DNA of 64,000 bases from the human T2T-CHM13v2.0 reference genome, Homo sapiens, in assembly GCF_009914755.1 (NCBI RefSeq), contig NC_060926.1; one strand, 5' to 3'. Below the pieces are notes generated by a model. That model was not told the DNA's origin. It did no database searches and was given only the letters and a program-made list of their open reading frames with translations. Of this stretch, positions 27,855 to 43,845 are shown piece after piece (positions within the stretch are counted from its first letter, which is position 1; the number at the start of each line of letters is the position of its first letter). A program made the translations under genes and the position numbers.

Positions 27855-29002
27855 TGAGAAATCTTTACCTAACCCAAGGTCACAGAGATTTTCTCCTGTT
27901 TGCTTCCAAAATTTTTATACGTTTAGATTTTATATTTAAGTCTATTTTGAGTTAATTTTTGTATATAATGCAAAGTTTAGAATGATGTTTAGTTTTTTGT
28001 CTATAATCTATGAATATCCAATAGTTCTAGCACCATTTATTGAAAAGACTGATCTTTATCTACTGAAGTGTCTTTGCACTTTTGTTGAAAGTCAATTGAC
28101 AATTGACCATATATTTGTGGGTCTATTCTGGATTCTCTATTCTGTTACATTGATCTATTTTTCTATCTCAATACAAATATCAAATTGGGTATTTGTATTA
28201 AGACAAATATAATTTGTCTGGGTATTTGTCAAGACAAATAAAAATTGTCTTGATTACTGTAGCTTTATTGCAAGTCTTGAAATCTAACTTTATTCTTTTT
28301 CTAAGAAAAATATGAATTCTAGATTAAGCTTGAATTTTAGAATAAGTTTGCCAGTTTCTGAGAGGGGAAAGCCTACTGGAATTTTGATGAGGATTGCATT
28401 GAATCTACAGATCTATTAGGGGAAAACTGACATCTTAACAATATTGAGTCTTTCAATCCATGAGCACAAAGTCTTTTTTCATTTTTCTCAGCAACGTTTT
28501 CTTAGTTTACAGATCTTACAGCTCTTTTGTAAGGTTTTTATCTAAATATTTAATTATTTTGTACTATCATAAGTGTTATTATTTATATAATTTTAATTTC
28601 CAAGTATTTATTGAAACCATTTAGAAACAGTTGATTTTTTATATTGATCTTTTATCCTGCAGGCTTGTTAAACTCATTTATTAGTTCTGTAGCTTTTTTG
28701 TAGAGTCCATCAAATTTTCTACATAGAGAGTCATGTTATCTGAGAATAAAAACAGTTTTGCTTCTTCTGCTCCAATCTTAATTCATTTTATATTTTTTTC
28801 TTGACTTATTGCACTGGCTACAACCAGTACAATGCTGAATAAATATAGTGACAGTGGATAGCCTTTCTTTGTTCATGGTCTTAAAGGAAAAGCATTCAGT
28901 CTTTCCCATTAAGTATGATGTTAGCTTTAGGTTTTTCATAGATGCCCTTTCTCAAATTAAAGAAGTTTCCTACTTTACTGAGAGTTGCTTTATTTAAAAT
29001 CA

Positions 29003-29503
<501 letters not shown>

Positions 29504-29741
29504 TTACTGTGGTGAATCACTGAGTGACTTTCAAATATTAAACAAACCTTGCATTCCTGGGCTATGGCTATAATGTACTATCCTTTTATATATTGTTATA
29601 TTCTATTTGCTATATTTTCCTAAAAATTTTTGCATTTATACTCATGAAGGATATTAGTCTGCAGTTTTGCTTTCTTGTTATATATTTGTCTGGGTTTGAT
29701 ATCAGAGATCAGAGTAATATCAGTATTGTAGGCACCAGTAA

Positions 29742-30368
<627 letters not shown>

Positions 30369-30398
30369 ATGGCTGGGATTTAAACCCAGGCTTCCTAA

Positions 30399-30794
<396 letters not shown>

Positions 30795-32216
30795 TGACAT
30801 GTGTTTATTGACTTGGATTCTGTCTGCATTTCTCTTTTGTTCCCTGAATACACTGTTTTGGGTTGTGGGCAGGAGCCCCATCTAACCCAAACCTTATAAT
30901 TTTCACTGGACCTACCGCACTGTCTGTACCCAGAAGATGATTCTAGGGTTTTTCTTTTTCCTTTTGAGAGATCTAAGTATCTGGGTTTATCTGACCACAT
31001 AGTATTCATCAGTCTGCCTTTTTCATGGTCCCTCCACAATCTAAGATTTAAATCAGGCTGTAATTAACTCTAGCACACAGGCTTTTCTACAGAAACCTTC
31101 CCAGGCTGCACTGTCAGCCTGCTTCTCTCCATTAATGCATGCCATTGGCAGCCAGAAACCAGATTTTGCCCTGAGCTACCCACACAAGTTTGAGGCAAGA
31201 TTATGGGTGAAGAAAAGCTTGGGGTGGATGCATCTCCTATATGTAAAGGCTGTTTTGTTTGAGTGATTCCAAGTGCTGGTACACTATGATTAATTAACTT
31301 GGTTAAGGATTAATTCTTAAAAATCAGGAATGATTTGAATCGTTCCTCCAAGTGAGTTGCTCAGCTGCCTCCAGGGAGAGGATCAGTTGAAAAAAGTGGA
31401 CAATTAATGTCTTAGAGATGACATTATCTCTTTGACATTCCATAGAGATAAAGAGAAAGGCTAATGAGGCATCTCTTTGACACACACTTTCTCTCTCTGT
31501 TTTTATTTATTTATTTATTTTTGGTTCACAGGTATCCTCAGCCCTAATATAGACTAATAAATCTAAGCCTGTAAGCCTGTGAGTTTGTTTCTTTTCGTAA
31601 GTATTCAGCAATGCAAATCCTACCCCCAAAACTGTCTTCTTTGACCCATTTCCTGTATTCCTGTATCTGTTATCTTCAGATCTCTCCACCTGACTGTCCT
31701 CATTATTGAAACGTCATATTTTGACCTCAACACTTCATAGTTGCTGATGTGACTTCCTCTATGTTTGAAATGTTTTCTCAGTTACTGCCCTAAGTAAAAA
31801 GCAAACACAACAAGTTACGGCTTGGCTATCCTTTTTTTTTTTTTTTTTTCCAAAAAAGAGCTATTTATTACTAAGACAAGTCTACAACAACACTAAAAGT
31901 ATTCAAAAAGAAAAACATCAGTCATATTTCTGCCACTTACCACAACCACTTTCTTTTCTCCCAGATTTTCTTCCAGTCTTCAGTCAGATATAGAAATATT
32001 TTATGTAAGCATAATTATAATGTTCATGTAATTTTTGTGTTCCACTTTTTGTTTAACATCACTTAATAAACACTTTCTTGTCCTTACATAGTCTTCCTAA
32101 TGATCTTTTTTTGTGGCTTCGTGGTTTCCCATGGATATGCCATAACTTGTTTAATCATTTCCCCTGCTGCTACGCATTAAGTTATTTCCAGTTTTTAACT
32201 ATTATAAGTGGTTCTT

Positions 32217-32507
<291 letters not shown>

Positions 32508-32715
32508 ACTATTATAAGTGGTTCTTCTATAAACATCTAGTGCATGCAAAGATTTCTTTTCTTCTTTTTAATTATTTCCTTTGTAGAAATGTCCAGGAGG
32601 GCTGTTGCCATGTTGAAGGGTTTGAATGATTTTCAGGGATGATGAGCTCTTAAAAAGGCAGTACCACAGAAGTTCATAACACATGTTATATCTTGATTTA
32701 TAAAACTAATGGTGG

Positions 32716-33035
32716 GGCCTGGCACAGTGACTCACGCCTGTAATCCCAGCACTTTGGGAGGCTGAGGCGGGTAGATTGCTTGAGGTCAGGAGTTTCAGAT
32801 CAGCCTGGCCAACATGGTGAAACCCTGCCTCTACTAAAAATACAAAAATTAGCCAGGCATGGTGGCAGGTGACTGTAATCTCAGCTACTCGGGAGGCTGA
32901 GGCAGAAGAATCACTTCAATCCAGGAGGCGGAGTTTGCAGTGAGCTGATATTGCGCCACTGCACTCCAGTTTGGGTGACAGAGCGAGACTCTGTCTCAAA
33001 AATAAATAAATAAATATGAATAAATAAATAAAAAT
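32716..33035 (+). mobile_element. AluS
   Basis: Full dimer, (TAAA)n tail; TSD ATAAAACTAATG. Confidence 0.93.
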
Positions 33036-33419
33036 AAAACTAATGATGATACAGAAGGGCCAAGAAACTTCATAAAGCATCACTAACTGTCCATTCTCAT
33101 ACTCCAGAGCAGTCCAAGCAATTCACAATAAATATATCTACATCGTCTTATTCTTTATTCTACTGAAGCCCATTAAAAGAAAATTAGCCAATTTTTTCCT
33201 GTATTTTAAGTGACGAGCTTTTGGAATAAGTTTCAAGAAACTCAAGAGCAAAGCCATGAGCTAACCAAAGATCCACTTTCTGAGATAAATCTTGTCTTAG
33301 AAAGGAAATGAAGGCATACAATGTGTGTGGCAGGAGGGGCCATGAGGAGGGGGCTCAGGTCAGATATGATCGGAACGCTAGTGTCACAGTTGTCTCCTGT
33401 AAACTGGTCTCTGGGAGCT

Positions 33420-33855
33420 GGGTCAAGGCAGAGGAGTTGAAAGCCAAACACAGACAGCAGCTGTTGAGGATGTAAAGTCTCTGGGCAGAGTGGATAGGGA
33501 GCTGGGTGTGGTCACCCAGAAGCCAATTTCCACCCCACCCTACAGACCTAGCGACTGGGGCTAAGAAGAACTTCCCGTGTTGCATTCCAGCCCTTCTGAT
33601 TGGGCTTAGTGAGACTGCCAAAGACTGGCTGCAAGCTGCCTGATTGCACTGCATACACCTCCCTCAATGGTGTCCCGGCTGGAAAACACTGAGGCTTTTA
33701 AGAATACCACGTCCAGATGGCCAGGATGCAGGACTGACCTGCAATTGCCACACTGGGCACCAGGTACAAGTAGATTTCACTGAAGTCCTCGAGGGACTGA
33801 GTGAAACTGCTGGGGTATGCGGGTCTTTCCTATGTTGCACAAATCAGTGCTGAGC
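33420..33855 (+). mobile_element. Probable degenerate LTR-retroelement pol (RNase H/integrase) remnant
   Basis: Frameshifted motifs in the expected order: AEELKA, WPGCRTD (33718), QVDFTE (33767), GSFLCCTN. Confidence 0.4.
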
Positions 33856-34413
33856 TGCATAGGTGACAATGATCACTTCCACAATTTCCCAGAACATTTG
33901 TCAAGAGCCTGAAAGGGCTGCATCACTGAGCAGGGAATCTTCATTATTCATTTCAACATCACTTTTCTTGGAAACCTTGACTACTCCGCTCTCCAGAAAT
34001 AATCCATCAAACTTTTCTCTTCGTTGAAGTCATACTGCAAAAACTCCCATAATCAAATTCCCCACATTAGGATCCCTGTTTATTATGTAACAACAGAGTC
34101 AAGAGGGAAAAGAGTGCATCAGACATTGACATTTTTTTTCTCTCTCTCTCTCTTTTAAGTTTTTGTCATGAAAATTTTCAAACACACACAAAATGAGAGA
34201 AACGTAAAAATGAACCCCCATGTACCCACCATCCAGCTTGGATAATCTCAACATACACCAATCTTGTTTCATCTATTGCCCCTCACCCCCACAACTATTC
34301 TTTTTTTTTTTTTTTTTTTTTTTTTGCTGGAATTTTAAAAAGCAAATCCCAGACACAGCATCACTTCACTAATACATACTTCAGCATGCATCTCTAACTA
34401 ATAAGGACTTTCC

Positions 34414-34718
34414 TTTTTTTTTTTTTTTTTTTTTGAGATGGAGTTTCATTCTTGTTGCCCAGGCTGGAGTGCAATGGCGCAATCTTGGCTCACTGCAAAC
34501 TCTGCCGCCGGGGTTAAAGCGATCCTCCTGCCTCTGCCTCCTGAGTAGCTGGGATTACAGGCACCTGCCACCATGCCCGGCTAATTTTCTGTATTTTTAG
34601 AAGAGAGGGGGTTTCACTATGTTGGCCAGGCTGGTCTCAAACTCCTGACCTCAGGCGATCTGCCCACCTCGGCCTCCCAAAGCGCTGGGATTACAGGCAT
34701 GAACCACCGAACCCAGCC
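34414..34718 (-). mobile_element. AluS within an L1M fragment
   Basis: Antisense dimer; TSD AGGACTTTC. Confidence 0.93.
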
Positions 34719-35829
34719 AGGACTTTCGTTTTTAACATAAGCTCTGTAGACACTAGTATTTATTTATTTGGTACCTATTGGTATCTATTTAGCATTTAGT
34801 ATTAGTGGGAGCCATTACAGTAAGACTCTTTACACTGTTTATTTCATAAAATCTCAGCTCAGCAAAGAAACACCCTAGAAATTCACAAACTCCCCAGGAG
34901 AAAGAAAGAAATGCCCGGGCCCTAACAACCTTGCTATTTGCATTTTACTCATGAGGAAAGGTGCTTAGCCAACTCGAGGTAAGCTGTGGAAAGGCTGCAG
35001 TCCAAGAGCCTTCAGAACTTGAAACAAGAGGCATGTCAGAGCCTGACTTTGCTCCATCCCCCCTGAGTAGTCAAGGTATTAAAAGAGCATTACTTCCTCA
35101 TTTGCAAACCACCTTTTTTTTTCAAAAAAACCACTTTACACCTATCATTTGAAGTTATATTGTCAAGATAGAAACACACTTCTCGGGAAGATAGTACCTT
35201 GAAAATAGAAACCATTCAGCAAAAAAGTTTTTGAAAAATCCAATGTACATTTCCAGTAATCAGGCTTGTCTGTGAATGGAGCAGAGGGAAAATGCTGCTT
35301 CACACAAAAGCAATCTCAGTATAAACATTTCTGTTTGCTGTGCACTCTAACTTTGTCTTCTCTGTCCTTTATACATGAAAGCTCAGGAGATTTAGGCACA
35401 GCAGCTACATTGGATCGACTTACCGAATAAAGGTGGGGACTACACAAACATGGAATTTGGAGTGAGCCTTTGCCTCAAGGACAGACTGATAAATCCATCC
35501 TGAGTCACAAAGATGCCACACAGGCTTTGGGCTGCTACCTTATGGCTGGACATTCTAACCCCAGGCTCCTAGATGCAAAACCCAAGTCAGCCCCCATATA
35601 TAGTCACAACATGCTGTTGATTTTCCCTTCAAAAACTCTTATGCCTTCTTGCTGTTGCCCTCCTCCAGGTTCTCATCACTTTATGCAAGATTATGCCAGG
35701 GACTGGGATGTATTACACCAAGGAGTTGCCAGGAGCTGCAGTGTGGGTGAGGGCTATGCCTAACAAGAGGAACGGATGTTGAGATCTGGGCCAGCACTGC
35801 ACAGAGCACTCACTAAAACTGAGCTGTTG

Positions 35830-36155
35830 CATATGCTTTGGTGGATGTTCCCTCTGCCTGGAGCACTCTGTAGATGTCTGTTTGACTTGCCCCTCAGCCT
35901 TTTCTGCTTCTTTCAGGTCTCTGCACAAGTATCCCATTCTTAAGGGGGCCATCCCTGGCCACACTATGTCAGACAGCACACCCACTGCTACTCTTGAGCC
36001 CTTTATTCTGCCTTATTTGCCTCTATCCTCCTTATCACAACCAGATAAAACAGATTTATTATTTGTTTTGTGTTTTGGTCGCTACCGTATCCCCTGCACC
36101 TAGAACAGTGCCAGGCATATGGCAAGGATTCAACACATTTTTGCAGAATAAGTGA
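35830..36155 (+). mobile_element. L2 3' fragment
   Basis: TGTTCCCTCTGCCTGGAGCACTCT...TATCCCCTGCACCTAGAACAGTGCCAGGCATAT. Confidence 0.75.
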
Positions 36156-37229
36156 TCTCCTTAAAAACGAGATCTTGTCCTCTTCTTCTACCACACATGA
36201 CTGATCTAAGCAGGCGCTAATTATGGAATGCCCCATTTTGGAGGAGGGGCTCCTCAGGAAATCCACAGGGAGATACAAACGGGCTTTCCAGAGCCAGCAC
36301 TCACCCCAAAAATCTAACTGTTCTAAAAGGAATGTAGATTTCTTAAATCTGCATCATCTGTGACTGCTCCAGAGTTTGTGACTACCAGCTCCTAACCACG
36401 CATTCTGTTCCTATGCTTTGTTCCTGACCTTCAGGACCTTTGTGAAGCTTCCCGATGGCCTGATGGTAACAAACTCTCAAGCACATACACTTTAAGAATA
36501 ATATATCCCTCTCAGAGCTACACCACTGAAAGGTGTTGCTTCAACAACAGAAAGATTTATTACTTTCTTCCCTCACAGAAAAACCGCAGGAATATTTCCT
36601 TCTTGACTGCAGCAGTGAGTTCCAAGTTTCATTAAAGAACCGGCCAGATGCTTCCTCCTAGCTTGCGTGGGAAGAAGTTAAGATAAAGAGCATTTGAAAC
36701 TCTACCTCTGCACACCTGCCCCATACCTTATTCCCTTTTGACAGTTCTTCTTCCTGTTTCCCCAGGGTTGGGGATATAGAGCCATGTGACCTGCCTCCCC
36801 AGACAGCTGGGGCCCTGGAACCTCCCTGGCCCCTCACCCTCTGGTATTAATAATAGATGGCTCTTAGTGAGTTGCACATCTGCCATAAAGCAGGCACTAC
36901 ACTTTTCAAATTGTCTCAAATTCTTAACACCCAAACCGGAAAAGAGCTGTAATCTGAGTGTCTGCTGCTTGGACAGCCCTTGTAGTCATAACAGCAGAAT
37001 CTATCCTTCTGCCTCTGTCACTGAAAAGCACCTTCCTCCAGTATATCTGCACACAGGGAGTAAGTTTCTTATTCCCAAAGCCAGTCCACACAGCAGCCTG
37101 TCCCTCTGCTCTTACCTGTCCCTAAACTCCACACTCAGCTGGGACCTCCGCTCACAGCACTGTGGGTCCTGCCCCAGGACTCAGGGCTGCCCTCTTCCCT
37201 TGACATGACACTGATGGTGGCCTCAGGGG

Positions 37230-37666
37230 TGTAGTAGGCAGAATAATGATCCCCAAAAATGTCCACATTCTGGAACCTGTGAATATCTTACCTTACATGG
37301 ACTTTGCAGGTGTGATTAAGTTAAAGACCTTGAGATGGAGAGATGATCCTGGCTTATCCAGGTAAGCATGATGTAATCACAAGGATCCTCATGAGGGACA
37401 GAAGGAGGCAGGAGAGTCAGAATCAGAGAAAATGAGAGGATGGAAGCATAGGTCAGAGTGATGTGAGGCGGGAACCGAGGAACGCAGGCAACCTTCAGAA
37501 AAGGGCTAGAAAACTCCTTCTCCCCCAAAGCCTCGGGAATGAACGCAGCCCTGCCAACACCTGGATTTTAGGTCTTCTACCTCCAGATCAGGACAATAAT
37601 GAATGTGTGGTTTTAAGTCACTAAATTTGTGGTAATTTGTTACACCAGCAATAGGGAACTGATACA
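37230..37666 (+). mobile_element. MLT1C/D-like solo LTR (ERVL-MaLR)
   Basis: TGTAGTAGGCAGAATAATG...GGAACCTGTGAATAT...TTTGTGGTAATTTGTTAC...AACTGATACA; flanks AGGGG/AGAGG. Confidence 0.85.
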
Positions 37667-38312
37667 AGAGGTGACACAGGAATGACACATTGTTCTAGGT
37701 GCTAGAATAGAGCAGTAAACACAAATGACAAAAATTCAAGCCCTCACAGTGCTTACATTTTAATGGAACCCTCTTTTATGATATTCCCACTCAAAAGGGT
37801 TCACAATGTCTACCCCTCTTCCCCAAATAGGCTAATCTGTAATATATGGATAATCCACAGCAATACATTTTTCACAGTCTGAGTTACTCAGATAGGAATC
37901 ATGCCACATAGTTAGATGATTCCCAAAATAATCCATAGTAGGCTTCATTTCTCCTTTTCTTATTCTTTTCAGGGTTCTTCCGCCAGCTTGAGGTCAACAT
38001 ATTCCTCCTCACTCTTCCTATGGTTTTCTGATCTCCTATGAGTAACTCTTAGATCTCTCTCTCTCTCTCGTTCTGTCTCTCTCTCTCACACACACACATG
38101 CACACACCCCAAAGACAATCATTCTCAACCTAATTCTGTATTAGTGAGGAGGTCTTTCTAAAGGCAACATATTCCATCCAACTAAATTAAAATATGACTT
38201 TGCTTTTGTTATTCAGAGTGGCTCCAGTCCCCTTTTTTTGGCCCCCCACCACCACTTATAGACTATGCCCTGGGCCTACCTGGCACTGGAAATGCTGCCC
38301 ATCACTGTGCCT

Positions 38313-38604
<292 letters not shown>

Positions 38605-39079
38605 ATCACTGTGCCTTTCTAAACAGAAGGCCTCCACTTGTGAGCATCACCCTGGCTATCCAGAGAACTGATAGAAGCTGAGTGGATGTGCTTTTTCGAT
38701 ACACTGAGCCACAGCAAATTCCTACCCAGGGCTTCCTCTCTACTAACAGTCCCTGCTAGAAGTGAATGAGAAACTCCCTTTTCCCCATCTATAGCAAGCC
38801 CTCTAGTGTCATGGGATTTTTCTTCTTTTAGTTACAGACAGGAATCCCCAAGTATAGGTACCTCCTTTTAATCATTTATAAACGATCCTCTCCTCCTCCT
38901 CTCTCATGGTCTTTTCCTAACAAAAAATGAGGACAATTCCAATTAAGCACAGGCACTTCAAGTGAATACTTTCGATTAAAACAAACTTTAACTCGGGCAC
39001 AGAGGAATTTCAGAAGGAAGAATTGTTGCTGTAGACTCTGATTAAATTTGCCAAAAATAATAACGCTTGTGGTAGAGTA

Positions 39080-39340
39080 ATTATTGTGATATAAAGAATA
39101 ATACATTTCTTATATGCTGCCTAAGTACTAGGGACATGTGCTGAATATTTTACTTGTATTAGCTCATTTAATCCTCACCAATGAATTTAGGACTATTATT
39201 ATTCACATTTTACATATGAAAAGATTGAGCTGTGAAGAGCTAAGAAAATTACTCCAAGATGACACTACTATTTAGTGGCAGAGCCAGGACTCAAACACAG
39301 GTTTGCCTGACAGCCAGACCCTAACCACCCTGCCATTCTG
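39080..39340 (-). mobile_element. MIR
   Basis: CTCATTTAATCCTCAC...CATTTTACATATGA...AGTGGCAGAGCCAGGACTCAAAC. Confidence 0.75.
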
Positions 39341-40049
39341 CTGTAGAATGCTTTTCCAGTTAGAAGCCTATCCAGGGTGGCACCTTCCATCTCTGTTTCC
39401 ATTTTAAAGTGAAAATGCTGAAGGAGGAATGGAGGAAAAAAAGACAGGTTCATGACCAAAATTTGACCACTGTGAGAATTATGGATAGATAAGTAGAAAC
39501 CTGAAAAGCCATGAACGACAACAACAAACTTTAAAAATCACATCGAATTGAGCAATGGTAAATGCAGAAATTTGGGATTTATGGTCGAAACTGGTGTAGG
39601 GACTGGTGGCAACATTTATTTGCAAAGCGTCAAGGACTGCCACCTCCATTTAGATGCCTTTACTACATGAAAGTCTAAAATACTCTAAAGAGAATCCCGG
39701 GAGAGGCTACAAGCCAAGAATCTTTGGCTTACAAAATAGTGGGGGCTGCTTCTTCCCAAGTTACCACGCACAGAAGCAAAACTTGGCAGTATCTGAAACA
39801 GAGGATTTTGATCCTGTTCCTACCATTGCTTCCAGAGAAGGAAGCAAAACAAACCACTGAGTTCTATCTACTCCGGCTCCTGAGCACCAAGACCCTGCTT
39901 GGAAGAGAATCTCACCTTGCCGTCTGCTCAGGAAAATCAGCCCCTCTAGAGGAAGCACCAAAAGACCTAAGTGCAGGGCTGGAGTTTCCTACCCCTTCTT
40001 ATTTCCTGTGGAGTTCTGTTTCTTGAGGAAACTTTCCCCAAATAATCTA

Positions 40050-41100
40050 GCTGCCACTCTGACACCATTTTCATTGAGTAATTCATGGTGATGTCACGCC
40101 AACTAGGCACTAGGGGAAGCCCTGCTTTTATGGGTTGGCTCTTCATTTAGGAATTTTTATTTTTCTGACTTCCATCCCTTTTTCACTGGACTCCACTTTT
40201 TTTGAGGCAAGATGCCTGAGTGGTGAAGTGTTGCTTGCTTTTGAGAAAAGGAATTCCTTCTGGTTGAGAGGCAAATGGTTGAGTGAAGGCAAGATGCATG
40301 TCCTGTAATAGTACATCTTAATTGGAGAGCTGGCAAGAGAGGAAGGAGGTGTGGGCCTGCTGCGGGCTCTGTTATTCCTAATAGGGTTCATTGAGCTAAG
40401 CACGGAAGATGGGCTGGGGGCACTAGGACTAACAGCCACCCCCTGAAGACACAATCACGCATGCCTGGGGAGCTGACCACCTCCTTTTGACACCTGGACA
40501 GCCACATCTAACCCACATCCCCACGTTCCCGCCTTGCCTCTCAGCTGCTCTGTGCAGCAAGACAGCAAAGGCAAGTTTGGCAAAGCTCGCCTGTAAAAGC
40601 CTAATCCAAACAGCATGTCCGCTGAGCTCAGCGGGGTGACTCATGTGCAGTGATGTGTGAGGCCAGCGAGCAGAGATTAGGATCTGGCCCGCCCGCCAGC
40701 CTACCTTGCACTTCCTTTGATCAACTCTGATGGTTTTTAATTCTGCAGAAGCAGCTTCCTGCCAGCAGCAAGCAGCTCTCAGTGGCGGCTGGAGCTGCGT
40801 CTGTGCTGACCTACTTGTCAGTGGGGAGGGAGGCATGTGCTAATGGCACTGGGACATCCCGGGCTCACAGGCTACACGGAGCGAGAGGGCAGCCTCTTTT
40901 GCTGAGGTGCCCATGGTGACATCAGAAGCTTGCTCCTCAGCCAACACCAGCAAGGCCATGCGTGTGAGCAGCCTGGGCTCTGAACGTGCTGCTGGTATTG
41001 GTTAGAATCACGGGGTAATAAAGAAAAATGGGACTCTCCCTGGGGGACTCTTTTTGGGAAACTGGGGCATCTCTAAGGACGCCATCTGGCACAAAATGAA
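40050..41100. promoter_or_regulatory. Candidate distal enhancer
   Basis: Repeat-free with mild CpG enrichment; AP-1 TGACTCA 40637-40643, TCF/LEF CCTTTGATC 40714-40722, ETS CACTTCCT 40709-40716. Confidence 0.45.
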
Positions 41101-41344
41101 GCACTCTCTGGGTTCTTCAGAAGTACTCTTTTACATCTGTTTTGCTTGAAATGGAACACATTCGGAGTATATTACTTTTTTGAACCGCTCCTTCCCTGCT
41201 TGGTTGGAATGCGTTTGCCTCTTGATTCTTCCAAATCCCCTCGATTACCACTGCCAAGCAGAGCACCTGAAATCTGGTCTCCTGCTTTCTCATTCCCTCT
41301 CTTCCACGTCTCTCCTTTCTCTCTCTTTTCTCAGGAAGGATAGC

Positions 41345-41850
<506 letters not shown>

Positions 41851-42033
41851 TCTTGGGGTTGTAGGCCATCAGCCAAAAGCCCTAACAATGGTTCTTATCT
41901 GTCCTCCCACCACCATTCAGAAGGGTCTAAGAAGTGATGTGTACTTTAACCACTTAAGGCAAAATATTATCTGGATGGGATAACTAGCCTACATATTAAG
42001 AAGAATTTCTTATTCCGATTAAAAGTATTTACC

Positions 42034-42344
<311 letters not shown>

Positions 42345-42514
42345 GTATTTACCATCCAACTGAGACTTAGCACAGACAGTGAATATGCGTGACTGAAATA
42401 CAAAATAGATGAGTCTTAACAGACAAGTAGGGAATGATTCAGTACGCAGAGCATGATCAACTGAATGGAAATTTCTGGAAAGCAGGTTTGTCTGTGGTGA
42501 TGAAGGGTTGTGGG

Positions 42515-42682
42515 TAGGGCAATGAATAAAATAAAGACCCCTAGTTATATTTTAATTTCAGCTATAGAAAACTAATGCAATATTTGGGATATATTTATAA
42601 TAAAAAATTCATTGTCTGAAATTCAAATTTGACGGGATGATCTGTGTTTTGTTTTGTGTTTTTGCTAAATCTGGAAATCCTA
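42515..42682. mobile_element. MER53-like hAT MITE
   Basis: TGCAATATTTGGGA...TCTGAAATTCAAATTT...TTGCTAAATCTGGAAATCCTA. Confidence 0.65.
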
Positions 42683-42936
42683 GTTTGGGTGGCAGGCTAG
42701 AGAGGAGAACCTCAGGCATTTGAGGGAGTGGTGGGTCTCATCTGTGTGGAACTGTCCCCCAGGGGCTGCAGGGAAAGCATACAGGCATTTGGGGTTGTCC
42801 CAAAAATTAGGGGTTGCTAGTGGCATTTGGCAGATGTGGATCAAGATGCTAAATATAGTACATTAGGTATAGTTCCAATGAAGTTTTGTTCTAATGAAGA
42901 ATTGTCCCATCGTAAACACCAATAGCACCTAGACCA

Positions 42937-42950
42937 GTGCCACCTGCTGT
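42937..42950 (-). promoter_or_regulatory. Candidate CTCF site, reverse
   Basis: Minus strand ACAGCAGGTGGCAC, one mismatch to the core consensus. Confidence 0.45.
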
Positions 42951-43165
42951 ACCATTTTACTGAGGACTGACTCTATCAGCCTCACATAGTTGATTCCCAG
43001 AAAGCAGTGCACCAGCTAGTCAGAGAGCTTCAGAACCTGCCCTCAAGGGAAGAGACAACCAACGTCCCAGGTATTTGCCCCAAAGCCTCCTATGGTCCAA
43101 ACCAAGGCATATAGCTGGTCCACTGAAATGAACCCCTGAAACGAACTGCAAGCCTTCGAAGCTTA

Positions 43166-43296
43166 CTCTGAGTACCACCTCCTTCAGGAAGCTTTCTTTT
43201 GACTGCTCCAATTTTCACTAATCTGTCTGCTCTGAGTACCACCTCCTTCAGGAAGCTTTCTTTTGACTGCTCCAATTTTCACTAATCTGTCTGCTC
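43166..43296. repeat. Perfect 64-bp tandem duplication
   Basis: Copies 43166-43229 and 43230-43293 are identical, followed by CTC. Confidence 0.97.
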
Positions 43297-43845
43297 AATC
43301 CCTAAAACTCTTTTTCTTCTAATTTAACATTTGAACATATTCTGCTAATAGTTCCCTGTGTGCTAGCCTGTGAGTTTTTCTCTCCAACTAGCCTGGGTAC
43401 TCAGGAAAGTGAGATCAACTTCTGGGTGGCCTTGGGTGTAGCTGACCTGTGCAAATAGGGGAGACAGTTGACATACAGATGAAAGGGGAGATGGGAAGCC
43501 ATACAGAGGAAGGAGAAGATCAGGAACCAGAGATAAGATAATTCTGTAAATGGATACTAAATTGAAGTCTGGGCTTCCTGACAGCTCAATCAAAAAGTGA
43601 AACACAATTGGTTACATCACTCTTACTGTCTGAAAAAAGGAAGCAATATCAGCTCATGAGGAAATGTAATCTTTTCCCTCATGCTAAATTGTAAGTGAAA
43701 TTTATTACATAGATCCTAAAAGACAGGATTCTGAGAAACAGAATGAGCAATGACTCCAATTGAGTTTTCAGAATATACAAAAAGGGTTTGTTTGTTTGTT
43801 TGTTTGTTTGTTTTTCTGTGATTACCCTCTAAGAAAGTCAGAACT

